Program-made: the position numbers and the translations under genes
Assembly (NCBI GenBank): GCA_948524275.1
Contig: CAOSLI010000004.1
Coordinates: 16,106-80,105 of the forward strand
DNA: 64,000 bases
From: an uncultured Clostridia bacterium
GTDB lineage: Bacteria > Bacillota > Clostridia > TANB77 > CAG-508
Direction: 5' to 3'
Shown: positions 1-9,547 of the stretch, piece by piece
How the letters are laid out: every line of letters begins with the position of its first letter
Position numbering within the stretch: the first letter of the stretch is position 1
The notes under the pieces: generated by a model
The model's database searches: none
The model's input: the letters and a program-made list of their open reading frames with translations, nothing else
What the model was told of the DNA's origin: nothing

Positions 1-288
1 ATCCTGCACTCTATATTTTTCTTCATCTAAATTAACATTTCCAGTTATATTACTTTCCTTTTGTATAATATCCTTTATATGAATTAAAGCATTTTTTTCT
101 TCTCCAATATCAATAAAAGCAGCTTGCATTCCTTTTATAACATCTTTTACTTTGCCTACATATATGTTTCCCTCTAATCTCTGTTTATCTTTGTATTCCT
201 TATATATTTCAACTAGTGTATCTTCTTCATATACATATATATTTAATTCGTTATCAACTTTTTTTATCTCTAATCTATACTTTCCCAT
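1..288 (-). CDS. rng: Ribonuclease G/E family protein, N-terminal part (runs off window start)
   Basis: Hand translation from the minus-strand ATG at 288 gives MGKYRLEIKKVDNELNIYVYEEDTLVEIYKEYKDKQRLEGNIYVGKVKDVIKGMQAAFIDIGEEKNALIHIKD. The GNIYxGKV..GMQAAFIDIG S1-domain signature is typical of Rne/Rng RNases. The ORF is truncated, so it is absent from the supplied track. Confidence 0.7.
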   Translation of the reverse strand, partial: MGKYRLEIKKVDNELNIYVYEEDTLVEIYKEYKDKQRLEGNIYVGKVKDVIKGMQAAFIDIGEEKNALIHIKDIIQKESNITGNVNLDEEKYRVQD

Positions 289-301
289 TTTATATCTTTC
301 T

Positions 302-862
302 TTAAATATTATAATAATTCATTGCTTTATCAATTCCAAGTTTTATTATTACTGAAGCTGCTTCTGCTCCTTTTTGAATTGCTGGCATAAGTTTTTTATA
401 TTGCTCATCATTTAGCTTTTCTAAAACATATCCTACTAATAATTCTTTAAATTCTGGCATACCTGTTCCAATTCTTATATGTGGAAACACTGTTGTCCCA
501 AGATATTCTATTACGGATTTCATTCCGTTATGAGTACCTGCTCCGCCTTTTGACCTTATTTTTAAAACTCCTTCGGCTAAATCAATATCATCATATATTA
601 TGATAACATTGGCAGGTTCTATTTTATAGAACTTCATCGCTTTGCTAATTGATTTTCCACTTTCATTCATATAAGTTTGTGGCTTAAGTAAAATAACTTT
701 CTCACCTTCTATTATTCCACTTCCATATATTCCATCGAAATCCTTTTTACCAAACTCAATATTATATTTTTTTGCAAATTCATTTACTACGTCAAAGCCC
801 ATATTATGTCTTGTTCTGCTATATTCTGGCTCTGGATTACCAAGTCCAACAATTAAATACAT
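302..862 (-). CDS. pth: Peptidyl-tRNA hydrolase
   Basis: 186 aa. The N-terminus MYLIVGLGNPEPEYSRTRHNMGF is the canonical Pth motif. Confidence 0.95.
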   Translation of the reverse strand: MYLIVGLGNPEPEYSRTRHNMGFDVVNEFAKKYNIEFGKKDFDGIYGSGIIEGEKVILLKPQTYMNESGKSISKAMKFYKIEPANVIIIYDDIDLAEGVLKIRSKGGAGTHNGMKSVIEYLGTTVFPHIRIGTGMPEFKELLVGYVLEKLNDEQYKKLMPAIQKGAEAASVIIKLGIDKAMNYYNI

Positions 863-950
863 TTTTCCTTCCCCCTAATAATGCTTACTATTATATAATA
901 CCATAGAAGTGCTAAAATATAAAGACTCTATTGCAAATTTCATATAAATG

Positions 951-979
951 TTGACTATTATGTAAAAATATAGTAAAAT
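951..979 (+). promoter_or_regulatory. Sigma-A type promoter for the MYG1-family gene
   Basis: TTGACT (951-956), 17-nt spacer, TAAAAT (974-979). It lies about 140 nt upstream of the ATG at 1120. Confidence 0.5.
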
Positions 980-1119
980 ATTAGTATACATAATCTGTTA
1001 TGCAGATTCATTTACATACATTTATTTCCTTTTTACTAATTAGTTGGGAGATACTCCCTAACTTTTTGGTTGTACATATATTCCTTTAGGCATCAAATAA
1101 AAGTTGGAGGTAAACAATT

Positions 1120-2064
1120 ATGATTATGAGCATTGGGCAAATCCCTGACAGAGATTACACATTTAATTTTGGTACTCATAGTGGAATCTTCCACTGCGAC
1201 GAGGTCGTTGGGATGGCAATACTGGAAATGGCATTTATGGAGGATTTATTACATGTGATTCGGACCAGAAATCCTACAATTTTACAAACTCTTGATATGG
1301 TAATCGATATTGGAGGCGGAAAATTTGATCACCATATGACAGGCTTTGACAAGTGCAGGGCTACCGGCGAAAAGTATGCTAGTGCAGGGCTGGTATGGGA
1401 CAAGTTTGCTGAAGCTGCTATCTTGAATGTTTGCTATGTTGACAACATACCTACCAGTCGTATCATATTGCAGATAATCAAGGAGCAGATTGACAGAGAA
1501 ATTATCATCCCTGTTGATTTAGAAGATAACGGAAATGATATTGGGACTCATACCTTTAGTTTCATTCCAACGTATCTTCCATCATATCTTGATACCAAGC
1601 AAGATTACGATATGGCCTTCTCAAAGGCTGAAAGAATTACTTATGACATCTTGAAGCATATTATCAAAGATAAGGCTGTTAAACTTGTAACTGCAAAAGA
1701 GTTGCAAAGAAAATGTTCTGAAGTTAGTAATGGCATTTTAGAGATTTCTGCCCAAACAGTCCCGTGGCTTGAGATCATTACTCAATACAATCAGAGCAAT
1801 GATTTCAAAATTAAGTTTGTGATTTTCCCTTATCCTTCTGGTGGTTGGGCAGCACAATGTGTTCCCCCATCAGACGAGGAAAAATTCAAACAGCTTATTC
1901 CCTTTCCTAAGGAGTGGGCAGGCGGCACTGAAAAAACTTTACCTGAAATTTCAGGAATAACTGGTGCAACATTTTGTCACAATGGCCTCTTCTTTGCAAG
2001 AGCTAACACCAAGGCAGATATCGTAGAAATGTGTCAGTTTGCAATTGACAACTCTGGCAAGTAA
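1120..2064 (+). CDS. MYG1/UPF0160 family metal-dependent hydrolase (GC-richer island a)
   Basis: 314 aa with THSGIFHCDEV, VIRTRNP and DIGGGKFDHHM motifs characteristic of MYG1/UPF0160. RBS GGAGG at 1106-1110. G+C is visibly higher than in the flanks. In-frame CGG (Arg) at 1261-1263. Confidence 0.8.
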   Translation: MIMSIGQIPDRDYTFNFGTHSGIFHCDEVVGMAILEMAFMEDLLHVIRTRNPTILQTLDMVIDIGGGKFDHHMTGFDKCRATGEKYASAGLVWDKFAEAAILNVCYVDNIPTSRIILQIIKEQIDREIIIPVDLEDNGNDIGTHTFSFIPTYLPSYLDTKQDYDMAFSKAERITYDILKHIIKDKAVKLVTAKELQRKCSEVSNGILEISAQTVPWLEIITQYNQSNDFKIKFVIFPYPSGGWAAQCVPPSDEEKFKQLIPFPKEWAGGTEKTLPEISGITGATFCHNGLFFARANTKADIVEMCQFAIDNSGK

Positions 2065-2086
2065 TTTATTAGATAATCATAAGGAA

Positions 2087-2125
2087 ACGACAGTAGGACG
2101 ATTTATCGTACTACTGCCGTTTTTA
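2087..2125 (+). terminator. Rho-independent terminator between convergent MYG1 gene and tsaC
   Basis: Imperfect 16-nt arms ACGACAGTAGGACGAT / ATCGTACTACTGCCGT followed by TTTTT. Confidence 0.7.
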
Positions 2126-2126
2126 T

Positions 2127-3163
2127 TTATATAATATTATTTTCACAAGCTCTAACTAGTCTATTCATTATACTTAGTCCTAGATTCTTTTCCTCTACTC
2201 CTTCAATAACTGCAAAATCGCAATTTAATCTATCTATCTGTCTTAGACCAGAAAAAATATTACTAGAAACTTCTCCTAAATTATTTTTACTACCTAAACT
2301 AATAAATCTGTCTTCGGGAACATTTATATAATCCTTATCTTCTACAAAACCTAATACACAACAGTTATTATTTTTAGGAATCAAATCATTATTTATCTTA
2401 GATATTTGATTTACACCAGACTCTACTAATATACACTTTGTTTTAGGCGCGTAATGTTTATACTTCATACCAGGGCTCTCTACCTGTTCATTTTCTTTGA
2501 GTTTTCTAAATAATTTATCACTAAGTTTTACAACTCCGAATAGTATTTTTTATATCATCTTCAGTAATAAAACCAGGTCTTAGAATTGTAGGAACTCCAT
2601 CTATTACTTTTACAACTGTTGATTCTATTCCAATATTACATTTGCCACCATCAACCATTAAATCTACTTTGCCATCAAAGTCATCTTTAATATCTTCTAT
2701 ACAAGTTCCACTAGGTTTACTAGATATGTTCGCACTAGGTGCAGCAAGTGGGAGATTGCTATTTTCAATAACTTTATGAATTATTTTATTGTCAGGCATT
2801 CTAATACCAACAGTTTCTCCGATTACATGTTACAGTATCACAAATAGATTTCTTTTTATTTAGTATAAGTGTAAATGGTCCTGGCATAAAACTTTCAATA
2901 AGTTTTTCTTCAATTTCATTTGGCTTTTCTACAATATCATAAATCATTTCTTTATTTGAAACATGAACAATTAGTGGATTATCCTGAGCTCTTCCTTTTG
3001 CAGTAAATATCCTTTTACATGCCTTATCTGAAAATGCATTTGCAGCTAAACCATATACCGTTTCAGTTGGAAGTATAACTAATCCATCATTTTTTAAAGT
3101 TTCTATAACATTATTCAATTCATTTTCTTTTATATTATCTTTCCAATCATAAACTTTCATCAT
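2127..3163 (-). CDS. tsaC: L-threonylcarbamoyladenylate synthase (Sua5/YwlC/TsaC family), reading frame interrupted twice
   Basis: Three track ORFs (2801-3163, 2521-2799, 2127-2468) are collinear pieces of one YwlC-like protein: LPTETVYGLAANA, GETVGIRMPDN, APSANISSKPS, MKYKHYAP. The span is 1037 nt, which is 345 codons plus 2 extra nt. Confidence 0.85.
2535..2538 (-). other. Apparent +1 recoding/frameshift site CGGA (tsaC site 2)
   Basis: The minus strand reads ATT CGG AGT TGT AAA ACT TAG. Omitting the C (complement of 2538) gives ATT GGA GTT GTA AAA CTT AGT GAT AAA, running in frame into ...ESPGMKYKHYAP. Confidence 0.75.
2818..2821 (-). other. Apparent +1 recoding/frameshift site CGGA (tsaC site 1)
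   Basis: The minus strand reads AAT CGG AGA AAC TGT TGG TAT TAG. Omitting the C (complement of 2821) gives AAT GGA GAA ACT GTT GGT ATT AGA ATG CCT GAC, which translates to NGETVGIRMPD. Confidence 0.8.
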
Positions 3164-3235
3164 TTCTCTTTCCTCATTTACAGTAGTTAATTATACCAAA
3201 AAAATGGATATTTGTAAATATTTTTGAGAATTTAC

Positions 3236-3264
3236 TTGAAAATTTTGTATTTTATCTATATAAT
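3236..3264 (+). promoter_or_regulatory. Sigma-A type promoter upstream of hpf
   Basis: TTGAAA (3236-3241), 17-nt spacer, TATAAT (3259-3264). Confidence 0.5.
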
Positions 3265-3341
3265 GTTCTCATAAAATCTTTTAATGTGATTTGACAAGAT
3301 AAAATCACAGATAGCGATTAGTGAAGGGAGAGTTGATTATT

Positions 3342-3872
3342 ATGAATTTAAACATAACAGGAAAAGATTTTGAATTAACAGATTCTATAAAAAATTATAT
3401 TGCAGAAAAGGTATCTAAATTATCAAAATATATTGGAGATGAATTTGACGCTACAGCTACCTTTAAGACTGAAGGTTCTGAACAAGTTGCTGAAATTAGA
3501 GTTGTATTTGGTGGAGAAGTTATCAAGGCTGTCACAGCAAGTAAAGATTTATATTCTTCAATTGATAAAGATATTGACATATTAGAAGGACAAATTAGAA
3601 AAAGCAAAACTAAGAAAGATAAACAAAATATGACTGACTCTATTAGGGTAAAACAAGCAGCTATGGATAGTGATGATGATATTGAGGGTGAAATTATTAA
3701 AACAATTTATTATAGCATAAAACCACTTACTCCAGAAGATGCAAAACTTATCTTAGAGAGTGATCCCAAAAATAAATTTTTGCCATTTATAGATATTGAA
3801 ACTAACAAAGTTAATGTTATGTATAAATTGAAGGATGGAAAAAACTTTGGAATGTTAGAACCAGAAGCTTAA
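3342..3872 (+). CDS. hpf: Ribosome hibernation promoting factor (long HPF)
   Basis: MNLNITGKDFELTDSIKNYIAEKVSKLSKY is a typical HPF/YfiA N-terminus, and the long C-terminal domain is present. I chose the ATG at 3342 (after GGGAGAG) over the track start at 3321. Confidence 0.9.
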   Translation: MNLNITGKDFELTDSIKNYIAEKVSKLSKYIGDEFDATATFKTEGSEQVAEIRVVFGGEVIKAVTASKDLYSSIDKDIDILEGQIRKSKTKKDKQNMTDSIRVKQAAMDSDDDIEGEIIKTIYYSIKPLTPEDAKLILESDPKNKFLPFIDIETNKVNVMYKLKDGKNFGMLEPEA

Positions 3873-3877
3873 CTTGT

Positions 3878-3913
3878 AAAAGAACATTGTTTTCACACAA
3901 TGTTCTTTTATTT
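3878..3913 (+). terminator. Rho-independent terminator after hpf
   Basis: 13-nt perfect arms AAAAGAACATTGT / ACAATGTTCTTTT with a 6-nt loop, followed by a T-rich tail. Confidence 0.8.
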
Positions 3914-3990
3914 AGTTCATATAACTTTCAAAAACTTCCTAAAGCTCCTATATTTGTATATTTTTGGCGGATCTTATCTTTTAATTAGTA

Positions 3991-4019
3991 TTGACTAAAT
4001 CGTAATTTTAAGATACAAT
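3991..4019 (+). promoter_or_regulatory. Sigma-A type promoter upstream of clpE-like gene
   Basis: TTGACT (3991-3996), 17-nt spacer, TACAAT (4014-4019). Confidence 0.55.
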
Positions 4020-4043
4020 ATTGCCTAGATTGGAGACAAAAAT

Positions 4044-6411
4044 ATGTTATGTTCAGAATGTAAAAAAAATGAGGCTGCTATCTTTGATAATGAAGTTTCA
4101 AAAGATGGCAAAATAAATCAAGTTCGGATATTGTTATGATTGCGCTAAGAAGAAAGGCATTCATGGTTCTGTTTCAAATGGTAACTTAAGCTTATCAGAA
4201 GCAGACTTAAATAATATGTCAAATCAATTAAATAATATGCTTAAAGATTTATCTGAAAAGCTATCTGCTGATGAGATAAATCCAGAAGATATAGATATTT
4301 CAGCAAGTATGAGTCCTATAGGAAATGAAGATGGCGAGAATATGCCTAATGGAGCAATGGGATTTGCAATTCCTATTGGTTCATTTTTCTCTAGTATGTT
4401 TAACGGAAATGGTAACAATGCTAATAATACTTCTAGTTCAGTTGGTAATGAACGAAAGGCAGTTAAGACAGAAACAAATAGGCAGCCTAATAAAAAGTTA
4501 AAGACCCTAAATACTTATGGAACAAATTTAACTGCAAAAGCTAAAAATGGTCAAATAGATATGGTTATTGGTAGAGATAAAGAAATTGCAAGAATTATTC
4601 AAATATTAAATAGAAGAACTAAAAATAATCCTTGTCTAATTGGTGAACCTGGTGTTGGTAAAACAGCTATTGCTCAAGGATTAGCACTTAGAATTGCAAG
4701 TGAAAATGTTCCTGCTAAATTATTAAGCAAAGAAGTTTATTTACTTGATATGACTGCAGTTGTTGCAGGAACTCAATTTAGAGGTCAGTTTGAAGCTAGA
4801 ATGAAAAATATTATTGAAGAATGTAAGCAGGCTGGAAATATCATTTTAGTAATTGATGAGATACACAATATAATTGGTGTTGGCGATTCAGACCATGCAA
4901 CTAATGCTGCTAATATTTTAAAACCATCACTTGCTGATGGAACTATTCAACTTATTGGTACCACTACTTTAAATGAATATAGAAAGTATATCGAAAAAGA
5001 CACAGCTTTAGAGAGAAGATTTCAACCTGTAATGGTTGAAGAGCCTTCTGTAAGTGATACTATAGATATCTTAAGAGGTATTAAGCATTATTATGAAAAT
5101 TATCATAAGGTTACAATATCAAATGATATTATTGATAAATTAGTTCATTTATCTGAAAAATATATACATGATAGATTCTTACCAGATAAGGCTATTGATG
5201 TTCTTGATGAAGCATGTTCTAGAATAAATCTAGATAATAAAGATTTATATAATCTTGAAATTCTAAAAAATAAATTAGCTGATGTTCAAGCCAAAAAAGA
5301 AGAAGCTGCTTCTGCTGATTCTACTGATGATTATAAAAAGGCAGCTGAACTAAAAATGCAAGAATGCAATCTTATTGACCAAATTAAAGCTATTGAAGAT
5401 AAGATGGTTCCTAAGGAATTAACGCTAGAAGATATAGCAAAAGTTATAGAAAATTGGACTAAAATTCCTGTTCAGAAAATTACTGAAGAAGAAACTAAAA
5501 AATTAATTTCATTAGAAGATAATCTTCATAAAAGAGTTATTGGTCAAAATGAAGCAGTTGAGGCAGTATCTCGTGCAATTAGAAGAAATCGTGCTGGTCT
5601 AAAAAGTACTAAAAGACCACCTTCATTTATATTTGTTGGTCCTACTGGTGTTGGAAAAACAGAACTTGCTAAGGCACTTAGTTACGAAATTTTTGGGAAT
5701 GAAGATTCAATAATTAGAATTGATATGTCAGAATATATGGAAAGTAATTCTACTGCTAAGCTAATAGGTGCCCCTCCAGGATATGTTGGTTATGATGAAG
5801 CAGGTAGGCTTACCGAAAAAGTAAAAAGACATCCATATTCAATAGTTCTTTTAGATGAAATTGAAAAGGCTCATAGTGATGTTTTTAATGTTTTATTACA
5901 AGTTTTTGATGATGGAAGATTAACTGATTCTCAAGGCACTACTGTAAGTTTTGAAAATACTATTATCATTATGACATCTAATGCAGGGTCCGACTTAAAT
6001 CAAAATTCTATTGGATTCGGAAAGACCTCAGAATTTAAAAAAGCTAAAATTCAAGATGCCCTTCGCGAAACATTTAGACCAGAGTTTTTAAATAGAATTG
6101 ATGAAATTGTCGTATTCGATTCATTATCAAATGACGAGCTTACACAAATCATAGATTTAATGCTTGCAGATACTCAAAATGTGTTAAATGATAGAAATAT
6201 TAAAATGTATGTATCTACTGAAGCTAAGGCTTATTTATTAGAAAAAGGAACTGATACAAAATATGGTGCAAGACCTTTAAGACGTGCTGTTCAAAGATAT
6301 ATTGAAGATGAACTTTCTGATATGATTTTAAAGTCACAACTAAAAAATGGTCAAAGAGTTTTTGTTGATTTAAAAGATAACAAATTAACATTCGAATCAA
6401 AAAATAAATAG
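4044..6411 (+). CDS. clpE: Clp ATPase, ClpE/ClpC class (N-terminal zinc ribbon, two AAA+ modules), frame interrupted once near the 5' end
   Basis: The track ORF 4216-6411 has both Walker A motifs (GEPGVGKTAIA, GPTGVGKTELA). Upstream, the ATG at 4044 with RBS GGAG encodes MLCSECKKNEAAIF...KINQV. After skipping C4125 it continues as GYCYDCAKKKGI... in frame with 4216, giving CxxC...CxxC. The span is 2368 nt, which is 789 codons plus 1 nt. Confidence 0.8.
4125..4128 (+). other. Apparent +1 recoding/frameshift site CGGA (clpE-like)
   Basis: GTT CGG ATA TTG TTA TGA in the zero frame. Skipping C4125 gives GTT GGA TAT TGT TAT GAT TGC GCT, which translates to VGYCYDCA. Confidence 0.75.
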
Positions 6412-6472
6412 TCTATATAATTGACAAATTATTTTCATTATATTAAGATAGTAACTAAATAAGGAGTATTAT

Positions 6473-7033
6473 ATGAAGTTTATTAAAATCGTACCAAATA
6501 TCTTAACAGTAATTAGATTTATATTTGTACCATTTATAATTATAGCATTGGCATCTAATAATTATATTTTAGCATTAGTATTATTTAGTTTGTCATCTCT
6601 TTCAGATATTTTAGATGGATTTATAGCAAGGAAATTTAATGCAATTTCTGACTTTGGAAAACTTATGGATCCTTTAGCAGATAAATTAACGCAACTTTCA
6701 ATTTTAGCTACATTAACTATTCAAAAAATTATCCCTTTATGGATAGTCATAGTTATGCTTTCTAAAGATTTGTTACTTATATGTGGTGCTTCATTTTTAT
6801 ATGGAAAGGATTTAGTTGTATCTAGTAAATGGTATGGAAAACTTGCTACTGTACTTTTATATTTAGCAGTTGTAAGTTCATTGTTTATTAAATTATATGA
6901 TTTATATAGATTTGATGTATTCATATATGCTTTAGCTATTTTCTTTGCAATGTGGGCTTTAGTTGGATATTTCAATTACTTTTACAAAAAAGGATATCTT
7001 CCTAATAAAGAAGATTTAAAAAAGAAATCATAA
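6473..7033 (+). CDS. pgsA: CDP-alcohol phosphatidyltransferase (PgsA-like)
   Basis: 186 aa polytopic membrane protein with DILDGFIARKFNAISDFGKLMDPLADK, matching the D-G-x2-A-R-x8-G-x3-D-x3-D motif. Confidence 0.75.
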   Translation: MKFIKIVPNILTVIRFIFVPFIIIALASNNYILALVLFSLSSLSDILDGFIARKFNAISDFGKLMDPLADKLTQLSILATLTIQKIIPLWIVIVMLSKDLLLICGASFLYGKDLVVSSKWYGKLATVLLYLAVVSSLFIKLYDLYRFDVFIYALAIFFAMWALVGYFNYFYKKGYLPNKEDLKKKS

Positions 7034-7108
7034 TTGTTATAAATTATTTAAAGAGTATGCATAAGTACGCAGTACTTTTCATACTCTTTATTTTATATAA
7101 ATTTGTTA

Positions 7109-7696
7109 TTATTCAAAATCTCCCAGCTTTTGTGATAGTTCTCTATCTCCATTTGCACGTATTCCTCTTTTTAATAGTTCCAAGTCTTCTTGTGGCAAAT
7201 ATTTAACCAAAGTGTCTGTTACTTCTTTTAGAGTTTCTTTATCTTCTCCATCTACTGTGTAAATTGCTATATATCCGTCCTTTTCTCTTATTACATAATG
7301 CTTTTTACATATATCATTAACTTCTTTATATAATGTAATTTCGTCCGATTTAAAATTTTTCAAAGACCATTCAGGATATTGCTCTACAAAATAATCTTCC
7401 TCTTTGTTTACATCTTGCATACTAATTGTTTCCTTTTTTACTTCAGCATGTCCACATTTATTATAATAAGTTTCAAATATTATACTGCTGTTAGGAGACG
7501 ATTTTTCCTTAGCTGACCCTGCTTGTATTACATTTTTATTCTTATCTTCAGAATTCTTATAATCTTCTGCAATTTTTACTTCTTTTAATGTCGCTTCTTC
7601 TAGTTTATTATCATTAGCAACATGTATAATAATGCCCATTGTTACCCCTAAAATTATTGCTGCAAAAATATATCCTACTAAGATTGATTTCTTCAT
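7109..7696 (-). CDS. Membrane-anchored protein with BofC-like C-terminal domain
   Basis: 195 aa with an N-terminal TM helix. The C-terminus HYVIREKDGYIAIYTVDG...LPQEDLELLKRGI resembles the BofC_C pattern. The family call is tentative. Confidence 0.45.
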   Translation of the reverse strand: MKKSILVGYIFAAIILGVTMGIIIHVANDNKLEEATLKEVKIAEDYKNSEDKNKNVIQAGSAKEKSSPNSSIIFETYYNKCGHAEVKKETISMQDVNKEEDYFVEQYPEWSLKNFKSDEITLYKEVNDICKKHYVIREKDGYIAIYTVDGEDKETLKEVTDTLVKYLPQEDLELLKRGIRANGDRELSQKLGDFE

Positions 7697-7759
7697 TCTC
7701 TCACCTCTTAGTAGGAATTATTTCCTATTTTTTACTATTTATACATAATAGATTAACCT

Positions 7760-7774
7760 GTCCCCAATGGTTGA
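7760..7774. repeat. Single copy of GC-rich repeat core GTCCCCAATGGTTGA
   Basis: Same core as at 49373-49507 and 53989-54053. It lies in the 81-nt gap between the mltG stop and the next gene's start. Confidence 0.6.
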
Positions 7775-7777
7775 AAT

Positions 7778-8857
7778 TTAGTAAGTATACCATAAACCTT
7801 GTGATTTTAATGTTTCTATATTATTGTTATGACCTTGTACGTCTTTAGCAAAATTTACCTTTCCATTCTTGTCAGCTACAAAGTATAAGTAATTATTTTG
7901 CTCAGGAGCAAATGCTGCTTCAATTGATTCTATTCCAACTGTAGATATTGGTCCAATTGGAAGTTTTCCTTCCATACGTGGTCCTCTAGTATTGTAAGGA
8001 TTGTATCTATTTAATTCACTTTGATATAAATCTCTTTCACTCATATCTACTTTAATGGCATAATATGTTGTAACGTCACTTCCTAATGCCATATTTGCTT
8101 TTAGTCTATTATATATAACACCTGCTACTCCAGCTCTATCTTCAGCATTAGCTGCTTCCATTTCTGCAATTGATGCTACTGTTAATAATCTGTGAATTGA
8201 TGCTCCTGCATTTTCCATCTTTGTTTTATACTTTTCTAATTTTGTTCCCATTTGATCAAGCATTGCTTTGAATATTTGATCGACTGTTACATCTTTATTT
8301 ACAAAATTATATGTGTCTGGAAATAAATATCCTTCTAATGGATAGTAAATATTCTCATCTTCAATCTCATCTGTTAAAAACCAGTATTTTGAAATTAGAG
8401 ATTTTATATACTGCTTGTCCTCTAGTTTATTAAAAACATCCTCCTCTGTGTTATTAGTTTTCTGTGCTATTGTTTTAGCTATCCATCTCATATTTTTTCC
8501 TTCTAAGAACGTAATATCTAATGAATCTGGATAGTAATCAGAACCTTTCTTTAGTGCTTCTATTATTTCATCTACACTCATATTCTTATCTAATTTATAT
8601 GTGCCTGCTTGCATTCCTGATACCTTATTTAATTTGCTGTATATTTTAAATGTTAATGCACTTTTTATAATTCCCTTACTTTCAAGTACATCTGCTATTT
8701 GCGATGATGCCATACCTTTTCCAATTTCTACAACTACCTTTTCACTATTATTACTTACTGCTTTTAATGAATTGTTATAATAAAATATTGCTCCACCAAC
8801 AGCTATTGCTATTACTAAAATAATTATTATAACTACTATTATTATTGTTTTCTTCAT
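7778..8857 (-). CDS. mltG: Endolytic murein transglycosylase MltG (YceG-like)
   Basis: 359 aa with an N-terminal TM helix, YceG signatures (GTYKL, ASIAEMEA, VIYNRL) and a C-terminal HNNNI. Confidence 0.85.
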   Translation of the reverse strand: MKKTIIIVVIIIILVIAIAVGGAIFYYNNSLKAVSNNSEKVVVEIGKGMASSQIADVLESKGIIKSALTFKIYSKLNKVSGMQAGTYKLDKNMSVDEIIEALKKGSDYYPDSLDITFLEGKNMRWIAKTIAQKTNNTEEDVFNKLEDKQYIKSLISKYWFLTDEIEDENIYYPLEGYLFPDTYNFVNKDVTVDQIFKAMLDQMGTKLEKYKTKMENAGASIHRLLTVASIAEMEAANAEDRAGVAGVIYNRLKANMALGSDVTTYYAIKVDMSERDLYQSELNRYNPYNTRGPRMEGKLPIGPISTVGIESIEAAFAPEQNNYLYFVADKNGKVNFAKDVQGHNNNIETLKSQGLWYTY

Positions 8858-8912
8858 TCCAAATTCATTCCTTTCTCGCTACTGCAAATATTATTTTTCA
8901 CCATATTTTCTA

Positions 8913-9143
8913 TTAAGCAACACTATCTCTATAATTTACTACTGAAATCTCTGTTGATAACATTTTTAATTGGTTCACTATTTTTTCTATGTTTTCTGAT
9001 ATTTCATCATCAAAATATTGTTCTCCACATTCGCTACATACTTTTGCTGGAACACTTTTTATAATAATTATTGTTTCTTCCAAATTGACTACATAATTAA
9101 CTTCTTTTTCAATTAGTTCACCACTACATTTAAAACATTTCAT
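8913..9143 (-). CDS. YgiT-type zinc-finger protein (MqsA-like antitoxin N-domain)
   Basis: MKCFKCSGEL...VCSECGEQYFD, a CxxC-N-CxxC YgiT motif. The ATG at 9143 shares its A with the upstream TGA stop (TGATG overlap). RBS AAGGAGG. Confidence 0.7.
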   Translation of the reverse strand: MKCFKCSGELIEKEVNYVVNLEETIIIIKSVPAKVCSECGEQYFDDEISENIEKIVNQLKMLSTEISVVNYRDSVA

Positions 9144-9468
9144 CAATTCTTCCTCCTTAATTCCATATTATATTCCCATTTATCTTTATCTGGATAATAT
9201 GCTGTTATCATATATATTATATCTTCTCCTACTCCACAAACTATATGTAAAATTCTATTATTTAAATTGTATCCAAATATTAGACAACTAGGATATGGAT
9301 AATCATCATAATAACATTCAATTATTTTCCATTGCCCATAGCATACTTTATATCCTTTATCAAAATATTTCTTTTATCGATCCTATTTAAGCAATGCTTT
9401 GTCCAAATTATTTTTCTATTTTTTGTGCATTCTCTTATAAAATCTATATTTAGTATCTTTCTATTCAA
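9143..9468 (-). pseudogene. DUF4258-family toxin-like gene, disrupted by -1 frameshift in an A-run
   Basis: Hand translation from TTG 9468 (RBS AGGAGG) gives LNRKILNIDFIRECTKNRKIIWTKHCLNRIDKRNILIKDIKYAMGNGK, then a stop at 9324-9322. Another frame continues as IIECYYDDYPYPSCLIFGYNLNNRILHIVCGVGEDIIYMITAYYPDKDKWE (DUF4258-like). The break is at A4 (9325-9328). The span is 326 nt, which is 109 codons minus 1 nt. Confidence 0.6.
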
Positions 9469-9547
9469 TCTTTACCTCCTAATTTTAGCATAAAATCTAT
9501 CACTTATGCAATTGTTTTTTATATTTTATTTAGAAATTTGGAATATA

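Noticed and set aside
152-355. 67-aa plus-strand ORF at the window start
   Set aside because: It lies antisense to the rng 5' end and the pth 3' end and has a low-complexity translation.
9322-9330. Whether the DUF4258 toxin frameshift belongs to the CGG_A class
   Set aside because: It is a one-base loss in an A-run with no CGG nearby, so it is a different kind of lesion (a homopolymer error or decay).
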